Below are positions 12,215 through 24,429 of a stretch of DNA of 64,000 nt, piece after piece. Each line of letters begins with the position of its first letter. The stretch's first letter is position 1. The position numbers were made by a program, and so were the translations under genes. The notes beneath the pieces are model-generated. The model was not told the DNA's origin and did not search any database. It saw nothing but the letters and a program-made list of their open reading frames with translations. The DNA comes from Camelus dromedarius (taxonomy: Eukaryota): the NCBI RefSeq assembly GCF_036321535.1, contig NC_087447.1:36520001-36584000 (forward strand), written 5' to 3'.

Positions 12215-12930
12215 CATATTACAGAGCTCCTGATATTCAGGGCACTCTTCTAGGCTTTGCATGTAAAATTAAAATGAACAAGACAAGTCTTCTCTCCTCG
12301 ATGAGCTTATAGCCTTTTATAAGAGACAACAGATCTTACATGAATTATTACAATAAAAGGCAAAACTAATGTGTCCAAGCAAAATATATAACCCATGCTG
12401 CCAGCATGCTGAGGAATGAGAGATTAACTCCAGTTGGAAAACTTAACTCTCAGGAGGATTTCATGGAAGAAGTAGCATTTGTATTCAACAGGTAGAAGTG
12501 GAGGGGAGTGGAATTCCACTTGCTTTGAGGAAAGAACATGAACAAAGGCCTCAAGGTGGGAAAATGAAACCCACTTTGGGGAAGCAGGAAACAATCTTAT
12601 TTGGCTGAAGTTTTGCCTGTGTTCAGGATGATGAAGCTGTGAAGGAAACTGTGGCCAGATTTGTGAAGGCCTTGAATAGGATAGCAAAGATTCTGGGCTT
12701 TATGCTGAGGGATGAATAGATTTTGAGCATAGTAGTGAAGTGATCATATCTTTATTTAAGGAAGATAACTAGAAAGGTTATGGATGAACTGAGCAATAAA
12801 TTAACAGGAGAAGAGATTGGAATTAGAGATATCAATTAGAGTGTTCAGAAGTTCAGTTGAGAGACAATAAGGGCTTAGTCGAGGGTAGTGAGAGAGTGAG
12901 AAGGAGTTAACAATTTAGAGAATCATTTTG
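12215..12930 (-). mobile_element. L2 LINE 3' fragment
   Basis: 'aaaatgaacaagacaag...gagcttatagcc', 'aggaaagaacatgaacaaaggcctcaaggtggg', 'ggccagatttgtgaaggccttgaa' are antisense L2 motifs. Confidence 0.75.
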
Positions 12931-13324
12931 GAGATGACATAAATAATAATAAATATTTAATTTGGAAATGAAATAATTTAATGACAGATTAGCTACCAGA
13001 CTCAAGATGCATTTTGTAGATAGAATTCGGTTGATCTGGCAACCAGTTGATTATTCAGAAATAATTTTAATGTTCTATTTTAAATTAACCCAATCACAGT
13101 AGCAATTATTTTCTTCAGTCTTCTGTGATTCCTGGAAGTCTGATGTGTCCATGAGTTTAAGTTCTAGTACTTCGGGGTGTAAAATCTGTAGGTTACTTAC
13201 AAGATGTATTGAAACTGCTTTACTAGCATGTCTGGCTGTTCGTAAAGCTAATGTGAGAGTGAAAGTATAAGTACTGTTTTGAGTGGTTATAACAATATCT
13301 TGTTGTAGAATTTTATATTTTTGA

Positions 13325-13490
13325 AGAATTTTCATTTTCTCATCATATCCTGTTCTTTCAACAACCTTTACACAATAAATATCATATATTATATACTTTA
13401 GAAGCTAGGGGAAACTGAGAAACAATAAGACTAAGTGATATTTCTAAGGTTACACAGTTAGCTAGTAGCAGAGAAAGGAAGAGAGTGCTC
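13325..13490 (-). mobile_element. MIR SINE fragment
   Basis: 'ggggaaactgagaaac...ctaagtgatatttctaaggttacacagttagctagtagcagag'. Confidence 0.7.
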
Positions 13491-14568
13491 AACTTTGGAC
13501 TATTAGCCACTTTTGTGTACCAACTTTACTCTGCTTTTCCTAGTTTTCTTTTTGTGTGACCTAGTTTTAGTAAAATAACTGTGCACAGATATCCCAGGTA
13601 ACTGCTCCATTGCCTCCAATTCCATTAAATAACACGTGTATATCAATAGTGTACTTTGTGGCATTAAAAATAACATTTTACCAATATTTGCAGACTTATG
13701 TTTAGATGGAATTTTGCTTTTACATTAGAATTCTTTGTGTCCTGTTTAAGAAAGTGTAACTTTCAATCAGGTTCAAGTCTCATGCTTTTTTATTTGGGAA
13801 TAAAGATCATTCCTTCATATCAGTTGACATGGTATTTTGCCATAATGTGCTAGTGATGTTCCTGCTGGAATCACAGTTCTAGGCATTGCCTAGCCTCATC
13901 TGTAGTCTGCCTTCCCCTGACTTTAGATGAGAATTTATAGATTGTTTTAGATTTGTTATCCTTTTCACTCTGCGTTGAGAGGATCCTTCCCCTTGTACTG
14001 TTTTGTTTTATCTCTAATGTTCCTCTTTGTGTGTGTGAATATTTCAAAGTCCTATGACTTTGGTTTTTTTTTTTTTTTTATTAGTTATCTGCTTCTCCCA
14101 TGAGCACACATACACTTCCTGGTTACATTTTGGTCTAGGAACAGAAATACTACCACACACTGCCAGGACACCTCTGAGTGTGAAGTTACACAAATGCTTA
14201 TTTATGTCTCTGTCACTTTCTAACCTAACAATGTGGTGTTTCTAGTGAGTTGTTCTTCTGGTATGTAGAGTGCTTCTGATTTACTTTTCTCTGGTTGTCT
14301 CACCACTTTCATCTCACGTTTTTCCTTTTTGGATTGCATATGTATTTCAAGGCATTGACTTATTTGGCACTGGCATTGAGACTACTGATTTTGCTCATAG
14401 TCACCCTAGAGTCTTTCCCTTCTTGTGGGCCAAGTTTTTTTAGACACTGGTTGGAATAGTGCATTTTCAGATACTTTTGTTACTTTCCTTTACTTATCAA
14501 CAATGATTTTTCTTTTATTTACTTGAGTCTTGTCTATTCATAAGTAAGAAATTTCTAAGGCTCTAGGC

Positions 14569-15118
14569 CAGAAGTTCTCAAATTTACTTGGTTCATGGTG
14601 TCTTCAGTGTGTCAGTAATTTTTTCACAGTGACTCTAGTCCAAAAGAAATACCTAACAGTTCACTTCAGCACATAGTTTGGATCAAACAACTCAAGTTTT
14701 TATGTACTAAAAACTTAGTAGTTCTTTGAAAAAATAATACAGATAAACTGAAAGCAAAGATACTACTTCAATTTCATCCTTAAGTAGTCACAATTACTAA
14801 TGATATGTGTGTGCCTTTTTCAACTTTCACAACTTTTTCAAACACTGAGAAGAGATTTTATATTGCAGCCTTCATTTCCCGTTCCACATTGGTTTTAGCT
14901 TTGTTGCCTTTTACCACTGCCACTGAAAACCAGCTTTGCAGAGATAGGATGTCGTAGAGATGAATGTAGTGTGGTACAAAGTTGAAACTGTGAACTACTT
15001 TTAATTTGTTTTTGTAGTTTACAGAGTGATCAACAGATGTCGTGCAGAGCTGTATTTCTCTTAAAAAGGTGAAATATTTGTTAGTATTTCTATGAGTTCT
15101 CTGTGGTGCACAGGGGAG
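14569..15118 (-). mobile_element. MER119-like hAT-Charlie DNA transposon
   Basis: Terminus 'cagaagttctcaaatttacttggttcatggtgtc'; the minus-strand translation 'WFSVAVVKGNKAKTNVEREMKAAI' resembles a decayed hAT transposase C-terminus. Confidence 0.75.
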
Positions 15119-16328
15119 TGTTGATGCATGATGCAGGAACTGCAGCCTCTGGCACTTCTGTCTAGCGTGACATCGTGTTTTTCTGGTATGCATCAAAGTG
15201 TCTGAAAGATGGTAGGCACTCATGAAATTTTGGTTGGCTTCCACTGTCCTTTGGCAAGCAGTTGTTTCACAGAAATTAGGACAAAAAAATAACAGTTCTG
15301 GTGCAAGACATATTTTCAAGTGCAGTACTTTGCTGAGTTATGTTTTGCCATGCTTCTTGCTTTCCTCCTAAATGAGTTCTGACAATTGTAAGACACTCAT
15401 CTGGGCTTGTCAGAGGCATAGTTCAAAACCTTAATCTCTTCCCATTTGTTTTCAATGTGAGGAACTAATCTTAGACATCTATTCTAAGAAAAATAATTAG
15501 AGAAAAATTATGATGCAGTGGTCTTACCCTGAATGTTATTTTGCAACTTGGCTAGCTCCTGTGCTTTTAAGTTTCAGTAGCATAATAGTCTTATTTCAAG
15601 GTAAACACTGGGAGGTAAGTTAGCCTCAAATTTCTTGTCTTTAGTTGAGTGGGTCACCTTGCTCTGATTCACCACTGCGGACAACCAAATTGGGAATAAG
15701 AATTTAGTCAGAGGATGCAAGGGGTAACATCTGCTTTGTCAGCATTCTAGTCACAGAATATACTGTTTGCAGAGTTTAGGTACTGCAATAAAAGAAACAG
15801 GTAAAGCCTGGACATACAAAGATTTCTTTTAGATAAAGTTCTGATACATTACAATTCTATTTGACTTGGTCAGAATTTTTCTTGCTTAAAAAATTGGCTT
15901 AATCCTCCCTACAGTGTTAAGTGTTTTACTAATTATGCAGAAGGAGCACCAGATGGTTTCTGAGGATGACACCGTATGGGTGGGAGCATTGGTGACTGAA
16001 GCTGTGGTAAACTTTGTAGTTTCATAGTCATCATCATCCATGGCAACATGTGCTTTTGTGACTGAAGAATAGACAATTAAGTAACATTTTAAGGTAAAAA
16101 AAGTACTATTAGTTCTGAGGAAAGAGTTTAAGTTGCTTGTAAACTGCCATGCAGTAAGGAGGTATCATTTAGAATGAAGCCCCTCTTGTAGTATAATCAT
16201 CAAAGAAATATGTTTGTACATATTGCCTTGGAAACTTAATTTTTTTCCTTTTACCATGCTTTTCCCTTTGCCCTGACAATTATCTCAAATTGTTAACTTA
16301 TTTTTTTATTCAACAGAATCAGACTCTT

Positions 16329-16831
16329 TCTTTTAAATTTTATTTTTTATTGAAGTGTGGTTGATTTACAATGTTAGTTTCAGGTATACAGCAAAGCAAT
16401 TCAGTTATATATATATGTACATATACATATATTTTCAGATTCTTTTCCAGTATAGCTTATTATAAGAAATTGAATATAGTTCCCTATGCTATACAGTATG
16501 TCCTTGCTGTTTAACTATTTTATATATAGTAGCGTGTATCTGTTAGTCCCAAAATGCCTAATTTACCCCCTCCACTCTTTCTTCTTTGGTAACTGTAGTT
16601 TGTTTTCTATGTTTGTGAGTCTATTTCTGGTTTGTAAATAAAACTTGTATCTTTTTTTTTAGATTCCACATATAGGTGATATCATATATTTGTCTTTGTC
16701 TGACTTACTTCACTTAGTATGATAATCTCTAAGTCCATCCGTGTTGCTGCAGATAGCATTATTTCATTCTTTTTTATGGCTGAGTAATATTCCATTATAT
16801 GCATATATACACCACATCTTCTCCATCCATC
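16329..16831 (-). mobile_element. 5'-truncated L1 (cetartiodactyl-type 3' end) with 19-bp TSD
   Basis: 'ttgaagtgtggttgatttacaatgttagtttcaggtatacagcaaag' and the ORF2 end; TSD tcaacagaatcagactctt (16310-16328) / tcaacagaattagactctt (16832-16850); TT/AAGA endonuclease-type site. Confidence 0.9.
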
Positions 16832-19800
16832 TCAACAGAATTAGACTCTTAACTGAGATAAAATTTACCTTCAGTTAGCCTGCAAGAAGGATTGGTTACT
16901 ATCCCTCCCTCCTAATCAGTTTACTACACTGGAAAATGGAGAATTAAAATTAATTGCTACCCATCAGAAGTGTTTCTGTAATGGACCTCAAATCTAAGGC
17001 AATGGTGATACTAATCTCCAAGATGTAACCACATATAATAACAATTATGACAACATGTAAGTTCAGAATAACCTACCCGACAAGAGTATTGTAATGGAAG
17101 TAAGAACCAGGGTGTCAGTAATCATAATTTACCATAAAAAGATGAGCTCTTATTAAGATGGAGTTTGATTAATAAGTTGACATACATCAAAATATTGTTT
17201 TCACCAAATAGGTTAACTAAATTGTCCTTTGGTTTTAAAAGTATGGTATAATAAAAAATATTATTGAAGACTCTATGCTAAGGTACTGTATACATTTACA
17301 AAAGGAAAGAAATATACTGGTTTACCATTAAGAGATTTGCAATCTGAAGAAATGCATATTAAATCAATTTAAGAATTGCCTTATTCATGTATGCCAGGAT
17401 CAGGTGCTTAATATATGTTGAAGGAAAAAAAATACAGCTATACATAGGATGAAGATAAATAAGACCATTGACTCCAGCTAGTTCAGAATAATAGATTTTT
17501 GTTGACCTGAAGAAATGAGTAAATAAGTAACTAATGGTAGATTTAAATGTGAATTCAGGAACTTGCAGTTTTCAAAGTTTTTGAACAAATGGGCAAAAAC
17601 CATGCTGCAGTCTACTAATTTGAGAATTAACAGCTTCTGAATTTTGAGAGTGGCAACATTTTCCTTTCTCAGATGTCATTCATTCCTGTTTGTTTTGATG
17701 TGACATGAGATTGGTAAATCTTTCATACTCTTCATGATTATACACAAAATGAGGCCTTAGATAGTTGAATTAGCTTAAAAGACAGACATGAAACTAATTG
17801 AAATGAAACAGACACTCATAAAAGCCATGATAAAGTTAGATTCAAGAATTTTTTAAATGAAATGTTCTGTTAAAATGATCTGGGGTGTTGCCAAATAGAT
17901 TGAGTTTTTTTTTGTTTTTTTTTTTGTAAACAGAGAAAGGGCTCAAGTTGAAGTGAATGAACTCCTTGATTCCACCCATTTTATAGCAGTCATTTTACTT
18001 TTGTATAAATGGTTAAGTCAGCTGGAAGACAGAATTGTTCAACTGTGCCTCAATAAAATTAAAAAATTATCTAAAATTACAAAAAGAGTGAGTATATGTT
18101 TAGTGGACCTGTCTAGGCATAGTCATGACTTGTTCTCTTGTCATTTATATGATCTTGTTCTATAGTGTTTATTCTGTTATTCATTAGTACAAGTCTAAAA
18201 TATCCCTCATTCTTGCTTTGTTTTACAGTATTTTGTAGTATATTTGAAAAACAGCATGTCATCTTAAAGGTATTTCCATATACTGAGATCATCATACCAG
18301 GATGATAAATCCCAAAACTTCATTCCTAGATTTAGTCAGTTATACTGACTCCAGGGAATATAAAAGATGTTTGTAGTTAATATATGAATTCTCCATAGGA
18401 TAGCATACTTTAAAAATAAAGCCTTGCCAGGTAATCTTTATATCTTATTATTATTCACAAAATAATATATTTATTATATTTCAGGGACTATGAGACTTTT
18501 GTGAAACTCAATTCCAAAATAAATATGTTTTTAAAAAACAAGTGAAAAACACACACAAAAAAGAAAACAGAATAAATATATTTATTTATTTAAATAGGTC
18601 AAATGTATGGTAACAATTTACAAAGTTATAGAAAGTATAGAGTAAAAAGTTGATCTCCTATTTATTTCCTATGAGTTCCTCAGTTTCTCAGATTCCCTCC
18701 CTGAAAGCCATTTTATAAGCAGTTTCTTATGGATCCATTTAGAGATATACTATGAAGTGCTTTCTTAACACAAATGGTATTATATTGTACATGTTTGCCT
18801 GTATCTTGCTTTTTTCACTCCTACTATATATACATATAAAAGATATACCTACTAGGACATATAATGCTTTCTCATTCCTTTTAACTGATTACATAATATT
18901 TCAATGTATTAATATATTGTAACTTATTTAACCCTTTCTCTTTAATGGACTTTTTGTTTAGTTCTAATCTTTAGGTATTACTAACAATGTTGCATTGAAT
19001 ATCCTTTATGTACATCCTTCATGTACAAATATATCTGTAGGAAAAATTCCCAGAAGTGGAATTGAGGGTTAATAGTTGTATGCAATTTAAATTTTAAATA
19101 GGAATTATCAAATTGCCTTTCATAGATACTGTGCCCATTTGTACTCCTAACAATAATGTTTGAATGCCTATTTCTTCATGCCCTAAACCATTCAAGTGAA
19201 AACTAGTATCTCATAGTTTTAGTTTGCATTTTTATCATTTTGTATTAGATTGCTTATCTTATGTATAAATGTCAGACATTTAAGAAAAACTTTTTTTGAC
19301 CCTTATATTATGGAATATAATGTCCAAGTAGAAAGATGCACACAGCAAAGATGTTTTATCATAGCATGAGTATCTGTGTAACCACCACCTAGCTTAGGGA
19401 ATAGAACATTTCTAAACCCCCTGCAGTCCTTCTTGCTCCTCTACCAACCACTACTCACTTTCTTCCTCCAGAGATAAAGTTGTCACTTCTTTGCTTTTCT
19501 CTAAAGTTTTATGTCCAGAGCATGCATCCCTAAACAATATAGTTTTGGTTTGCATGTTTTCTATATTTTATATAATCGGAGTCATACATTATGTATCTAT
19601 TTTTGTCTGGATGTTTTCATTTCATATTATACTTCTGAGATCCATCTTTATTATTTTGTGTAGCAGTAATTTGCTGATTTTCATTGTTGTATTCTATTGT
19701 ATGATTGTATCATGGTTTACTCATTTTACTGTTAATAGACCCTTTTAATTTGGGGCCAATATCAATAATGCTGCTATAAGCATTCTTGTACTCTTGGTTG

Positions 19801-20207
19801 CATGTCTGTTGTGTAAATACTTAAAAGTGGAATTTCTAGATCATAGGATGTGGTATTTTTATCTATGTTAGATAATGCCAACTGTTTTACTAATTTATAC
19901 TTCCACCAGCAATACATAAAACTTCCTGTCATACAAGTTTTCCCGTTACTGAGAGTATCAGTCTTTGTAGTTTTAGAATTCTGGTGGTTATGATGTACCT
20001 TTTATTATGATTTTAACTTGCATTTCCCTAAATATTAATGAAGTTAAACATTTTTGTATGTTTATTGGCAATTTGGAAATCCTCTTTTGTAAAGTTCCTT
20101 TTAAAGTTTTTTTTTTTTTGGCTTATGTTTCTATTCAATTGCTTATCTTTTTCTTAATGATTTGGAGGAATTCTTAATATATTTTGGATTCAAACCATTT
20201 TATATAT

Positions 20208-20695
20208 TGTCTTAGTTTGGATGTCAGCAGAGGTAGAGCCTATGACAAGGACCAGGGTACAGATAGCTTTTTGGGAGTGATTCCAGGAAGTAGAAGAGAG
20301 TTGGTGGTGACAGTGCATCAGGGAAGAAGGAAAAGCCATCATTAATGTTACCACTATAGGCACTGAGGACTTCATTTCTCTAGGACCTCTGAGAAGAGCA
20401 CAGAATGCCTTCCTGAAGGAAAGGAGTCTGAAGCACTTATTCAGTATGTTTCAGAGTTTCCTCTAGGAGCATTTACTCCCCTAATTCCCAAGCTGAGCTT
20501 CTGTTGGCATAAATGTACTCCCAAAGCCTTTAAAGAAGGTCCTGAAGCAGAAGTTGGCAGGATGTTTAGTGAGTACTTAAGATGAAATATTTGCCAGAAC
20601 CAGTTGAGTCTGAGCTTACATGGAACTGTCTATTACAGATCTGGCTAAAATCATAAGTGGGCCAGGAAACTCTTAAGTAGGGACACCAATGGTGT
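20208..20695 (-). mobile_element. LTR16-family (ERVL) solo LTR nested in old L1
   Basis: 'tgtcttagtttgg...gacaaggac...tttttgggagtgattccaggaag...cagggaagaaggaaaagcca...gttaccactataggcactgagg'. Confidence 0.7.
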
Positions 20696-21287
20696 CCTTT
20701 GTGTCTTGGAAATATCTTTTCCCACACTTTGAGGTCCCTTTCACTCTCTTATGATGTCTTTTGATGAACAGAAATTCTTAATATTTATTATATTATATAT
20801 ACTTATTTAATAATTATCTATTTTTTTCATTTTAGTTAATGATTTCAATGTCTTAAGAAATCTTACCTTGAATTCATGAGGACATTCTTATACATTTTTT
20901 GTTTGTCTGTTTTATTTGAGAAGATGATAGAAGGTATAGATAATTTCCCCAGGAATATGTACATGCTTATGTACAACTTTGTGGTGTTTATGGAACCTTT
21001 GAAATCTTCCCATGGAATCCCTAGAAGTTCATTGATCTCAGGTTCAAAGTCTCTGGTTGTTGTTCTACCTTTTAAATTTAGATCTATAGATCACTTGGAA
21101 CTGATTTTTTTGGTATGATATGAGGATGGGGTCAGATTTTACTTTGTTTTTCCATATGGATATCTAATTGACTCAGGATCATTTACTGAAAAAAATAAAT
21201 GAACAAAATCAACCCTATCCTTTCCCCATGGCTTAGTAGTGCCAACTTATAACTTTGTTGTAAATCAAGTACCTATATTTGCTTAGT

Positions 21288-21350
21288 TTCTCTTCTTCCT
21301 CCTCCTCCTCCTCTTCTTTTTCTCCTTTCCCTTCCCCCTCCTCCTCCTTC
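21288..21350. repeat. (CCT)n/polypyrimidine tract at the tail of a young L1
   Basis: Pure C/T run of ~60 nt; tcttcctcct recurs on the far side of the L1 (~21890), so it is probably an expanded TSD/tail. Confidence 0.85.
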
Positions 21351-21887
21351 TTTTAATTGAAATATCCTTGATTTACAATAGTGTGTTAGTTTCAGGTGTT
21401 CAGCAAAGTGATTCAATTATACATATATGTATGTATCTATATTCTTCTTTGATTATTTTCCATTACATTTTATTACAATATTGAATATAGTTCTCTGTGT
21501 TACATAGCAAATACTTGTTATTTTTTTAATATATGGTAGTGTGCATCTGTTAATCTCATACTCCCAATGTATTCCAGCCCCCCCTTCCCCTTTGGTAACT
21601 ATAAGTTTGTTCTTTATGTCTGTGAGTCTGTTTTGTAAATAAGTTCATTTGTACTTTTTTTTAAAGATTCCGCATATAAGTGATAATCATGTAATATTTG
21701 TCTTTCCCTACCTGACTTACTTCACTTAGTATAATAATCTCTAGGTCCATCCATGTTGCTGCAAATGGTATTATTTCATTCTTTTTTATGGCTGAGTAAT
21801 ATTCCATTGTATATATATACATCACATCTTCTTTATCCATTCATCTGTTGATGGACACTTAGGTTACTTCCATGTCTTGGCTATTGT
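21351..21887 (-). mobile_element. 5'-truncated L1 (cetartiodactyl-type) nested in old L1M
   Basis: Same 3' end family as 16329-16831; ends at 'catgtcttggctattgt', after which the older L1 resumes. Confidence 0.88.
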
Positions 21888-22087
21888 CCTCTTCCTCCTC
21901 TCTTGATTCTGTTCCTTTGGAGTGTTTTCCCCCTACCCAGGGCCAGTTCTTTTCTGTCCTAATTACTTTTGCTTTATAATTAATCTTGATATCTGATAGA
22001 CCAAGTCTATCCTTTGTGTTCTTCTTCAGGTTTTCTTAGCTTTTCTTGGATACTTGGATTTTCATAATTTAGAATCAAGTTAACAAG

Positions 22088-22145
22088 TTATATGTGTGTG
22101 TGTGTATATATATATACATACATACATACATACATGCATACGCAT
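22088..22145. repeat. Compound (TG)(TA)(TACA) microsatellite
   Basis: Directly visible. Confidence 0.9.
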
Positions 22146-22969
22146 GCAGCAAACTGGTGGAATTGATTGGAATTGCATTGAATCTGAGATTGACTTTATT
22201 ACAATTTGAGTCTTCCAATCCATGAGCATAGAATAGCACTCTAAGTTTTTTTTACTCAAAAACATTTTATAGTTTACTGCAATGAAGTCTTGTATATTTC
22301 ATTAGAAATTTTACTTAAATATTTGTAATGGTTTCATGTAAATGGGTTTATAAATTCCATTTGTTTAGAAATGCAGTATACTTCTTTGTACAATGCCCTT
22401 GCATAAAACAAACTTGCCAAACTCACTTTTTAATTATAGTTCTTTTTCTGTAGATTCTTTTGAATTTTCTACCTATATGATCATATGATTTGCACATAAG
22501 GACAGTTTGATTTCTTCTTTTTCAATCCTTATGCCTTGTATTTCTTTTTCTTGCCTTCTTGTACTGTTTAAGACTTCTAATACAATGTTGAGGATAGAAG
22601 TAGTGATGGTGGGCATCCTAGTTGTATTCTCTACCTCAAAGTAAAAACTTGCAACATTTTACCACTAAGTATGATGAATATTTGCTTAAAATAATATTTA
22701 TAGTGTAGTTGTTTCAACTGTTCGGTGCACCATTCTAGATATGTCTAAATATGTCAATTAAGTCAAATTTGCTGATCGTTTAAATCTTATATATTTTTCC
22801 TAATTTTTTAAAGGTTTTTAAGTTTTCTTTTGGTTAGTGTTTGCATGTTATATTTTAAAACCCACTTACTGTTATCTTTTTGTATTATCATGACTTAGAA
22901 GTGTCTCTGATAAGCCACATTTAATGAGGATTTTAAATTGGAGTATTTCCCATTTACATTTAATCTCTG

Positions 22970-23210
22970 AACATCCTGTGCATCATACTTCCAACTCTGG
23001 CATGCTCTATCCTCTGACTGCTTCACTTTTCTCTGTATCATTTAAAATACTATTCATATTACTTAGTTATTTTGTTTACTGTTTGCACCCCCCCCATTAG
23101 AATGTAAACTCAATGAAGGCAGAGACTTTTGCCTATGTGATTTATTTATATATCCACATCACTAGTTGAATAGGCATTCAAAATTTTTTGCCAAAATAAT
23201 GACTCAGTGA
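22970..23210 (+). mobile_element. L2 LINE 3' end
   Basis: 'cattagaatgtaaactcaatgaaggcagagacttttgcc'. Confidence 0.7.
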
Positions 23211-23229
23211 GTTGCACTCTGTATGGTCT

Positions 23230-23396
23230 TTTTGGAGATTTTGAAAAACATTAAAGTATAAAGAAGTTCTAGAGACACAAAATTTGTTCAACCAATATTT
23301 CCTAAGCTTTTATAATCAAAGAATTTTATTGAAGTGTAACTTCTACTAATATCTCAGGAAATGAGTGTAATATAGAACACACTTTGAAAACACTGA
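23230..23396 (-). mobile_element. MER103-like hAT-Charlie fragment
   Basis: Ends 'agtgtaatatagaacacactttgaaaacactg'. Confidence 0.5.
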
Positions 23397-23487
23397 TTTA
23401 GAAGATATTATTATTGAAGAAGTATTCCTAGAAGGTCATAAATTAGGGAGTGATTTAGAGGATATCCAGCTGGGGAGTCCACTAAAT

Positions 23488-23550
23488 CGGGGTTCAGCAA
23501 ACTATGTCCAGGTGGCAGAACCTGGCCCACTACTTATTTTTGTAAGTAAG
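23488..23550 (+). mobile_element. MER58A-like hAT fragment
   Basis: 'cggggttcagcaaactatgtccaggtggcagaacctggcccactacttatttttgtaagtaa'. Confidence 0.6.
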
Positions 23551-23886
23551 GAAGATTAAAAAACTCATAGTATGCAATGTAATTCTTACTTTAGGAGGTT
23601 AACTATGCAAGGACAGGTGATTTTCTTTTATTTTGAGATTCTGTGTGCTAACAATTACTTGAGCATAGGAAGAGTAAATATTACATTCTTTTAAAAATGT
23701 ACATGTGCAGAATAAAGTTTAAATAAGTAACTTCCCAGATATAATTTTGTATTTTCACACTGTTAACTGTTTTAGGTTGATTCTGATACTTAAATCTTTA
23801 TTTTTAATTTAAAAACATCCTTCTTTCATTCTGATTTGTCTTGCATAGAGTTTATCCTAATAGAAAGGAGAGAGTAAGTTGCCCAT

Positions 23887-24085
23887 AATAGTAATAATTG
23901 CTACCATTAATTGAGTATAATAAGTACTAGGTGATTGTACTAATTGATTTACACATATTGTCTGATTTAATCTTAGCAACAAATCTGTGAGGCAGTGTAG
24001 TATTATTATGTGCATTTTATAGATGCAGAAACTGAAATTATTTATCAGGAGAAAGCAGTTAATCTTACTCCATACTTCACAGATA
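23887..24085 (-). mobile_element. MIR SINE
   Basis: 'atttaatcttagcaacaaatctgtgaggcag...cattttatagatgcagaaactga'. Confidence 0.8.
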
Positions 24086-24429
24086 TATTGCTGATTCAAA
24101 GGAAGTTAGGTAATTCTATTGGCTAAATTAAAACTTTATTTGTACGATAGAGTGAATATGTGCCACATGAGCATTTTCCTATGCTATTACCTAGCATTCC
24201 AAATGAAAGTTTTAATTAACACATAATATTATGCCTAGTAATGAGCTATAGTTTACTGAAACTTTCCCTTATTTTTGGATATAGGATATAAAATTCACAT
24301 TACTAATTAAAGAGATTTACTTGCATGCTAATTATAGTTCAGAAAAAACTCCCTGAAAGTTGGTCAAGATAGTGACATGTGCAAGTGTGAACTCTGTATA
24401 AAGTAGAATTGCATACTTTTGTCCTGCTT

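Larger units (their letters stand above)
18590..22960 (-). mobile_element. Composite of old L1M (L1ME/L1MC-like) 3'UTR and ORF2 fragments, interrupted by younger inserts
   Basis: Antisense L1 motifs: 'ttcccagaagtggaattg', 'ttggaaatcctcttttgtaaag', 'gtcttccaatccatgagcatag', 'gtagtgatggtgggcatcct'. Confidence 0.75.

Noticed and set aside
15121..15196. ttgatgcat ... atgcatcaa inverted pair
   Set aside because: Only 9 bp with a long spacer; expected by chance.
14858..15319. Longest ORF (153 aa) as a domesticated transposase
   Set aside because: Only the last ~25 aa resemble decayed hAT transposase from MER119; it starts at a non-ATG codon outside the element, so it is a chance open frame.
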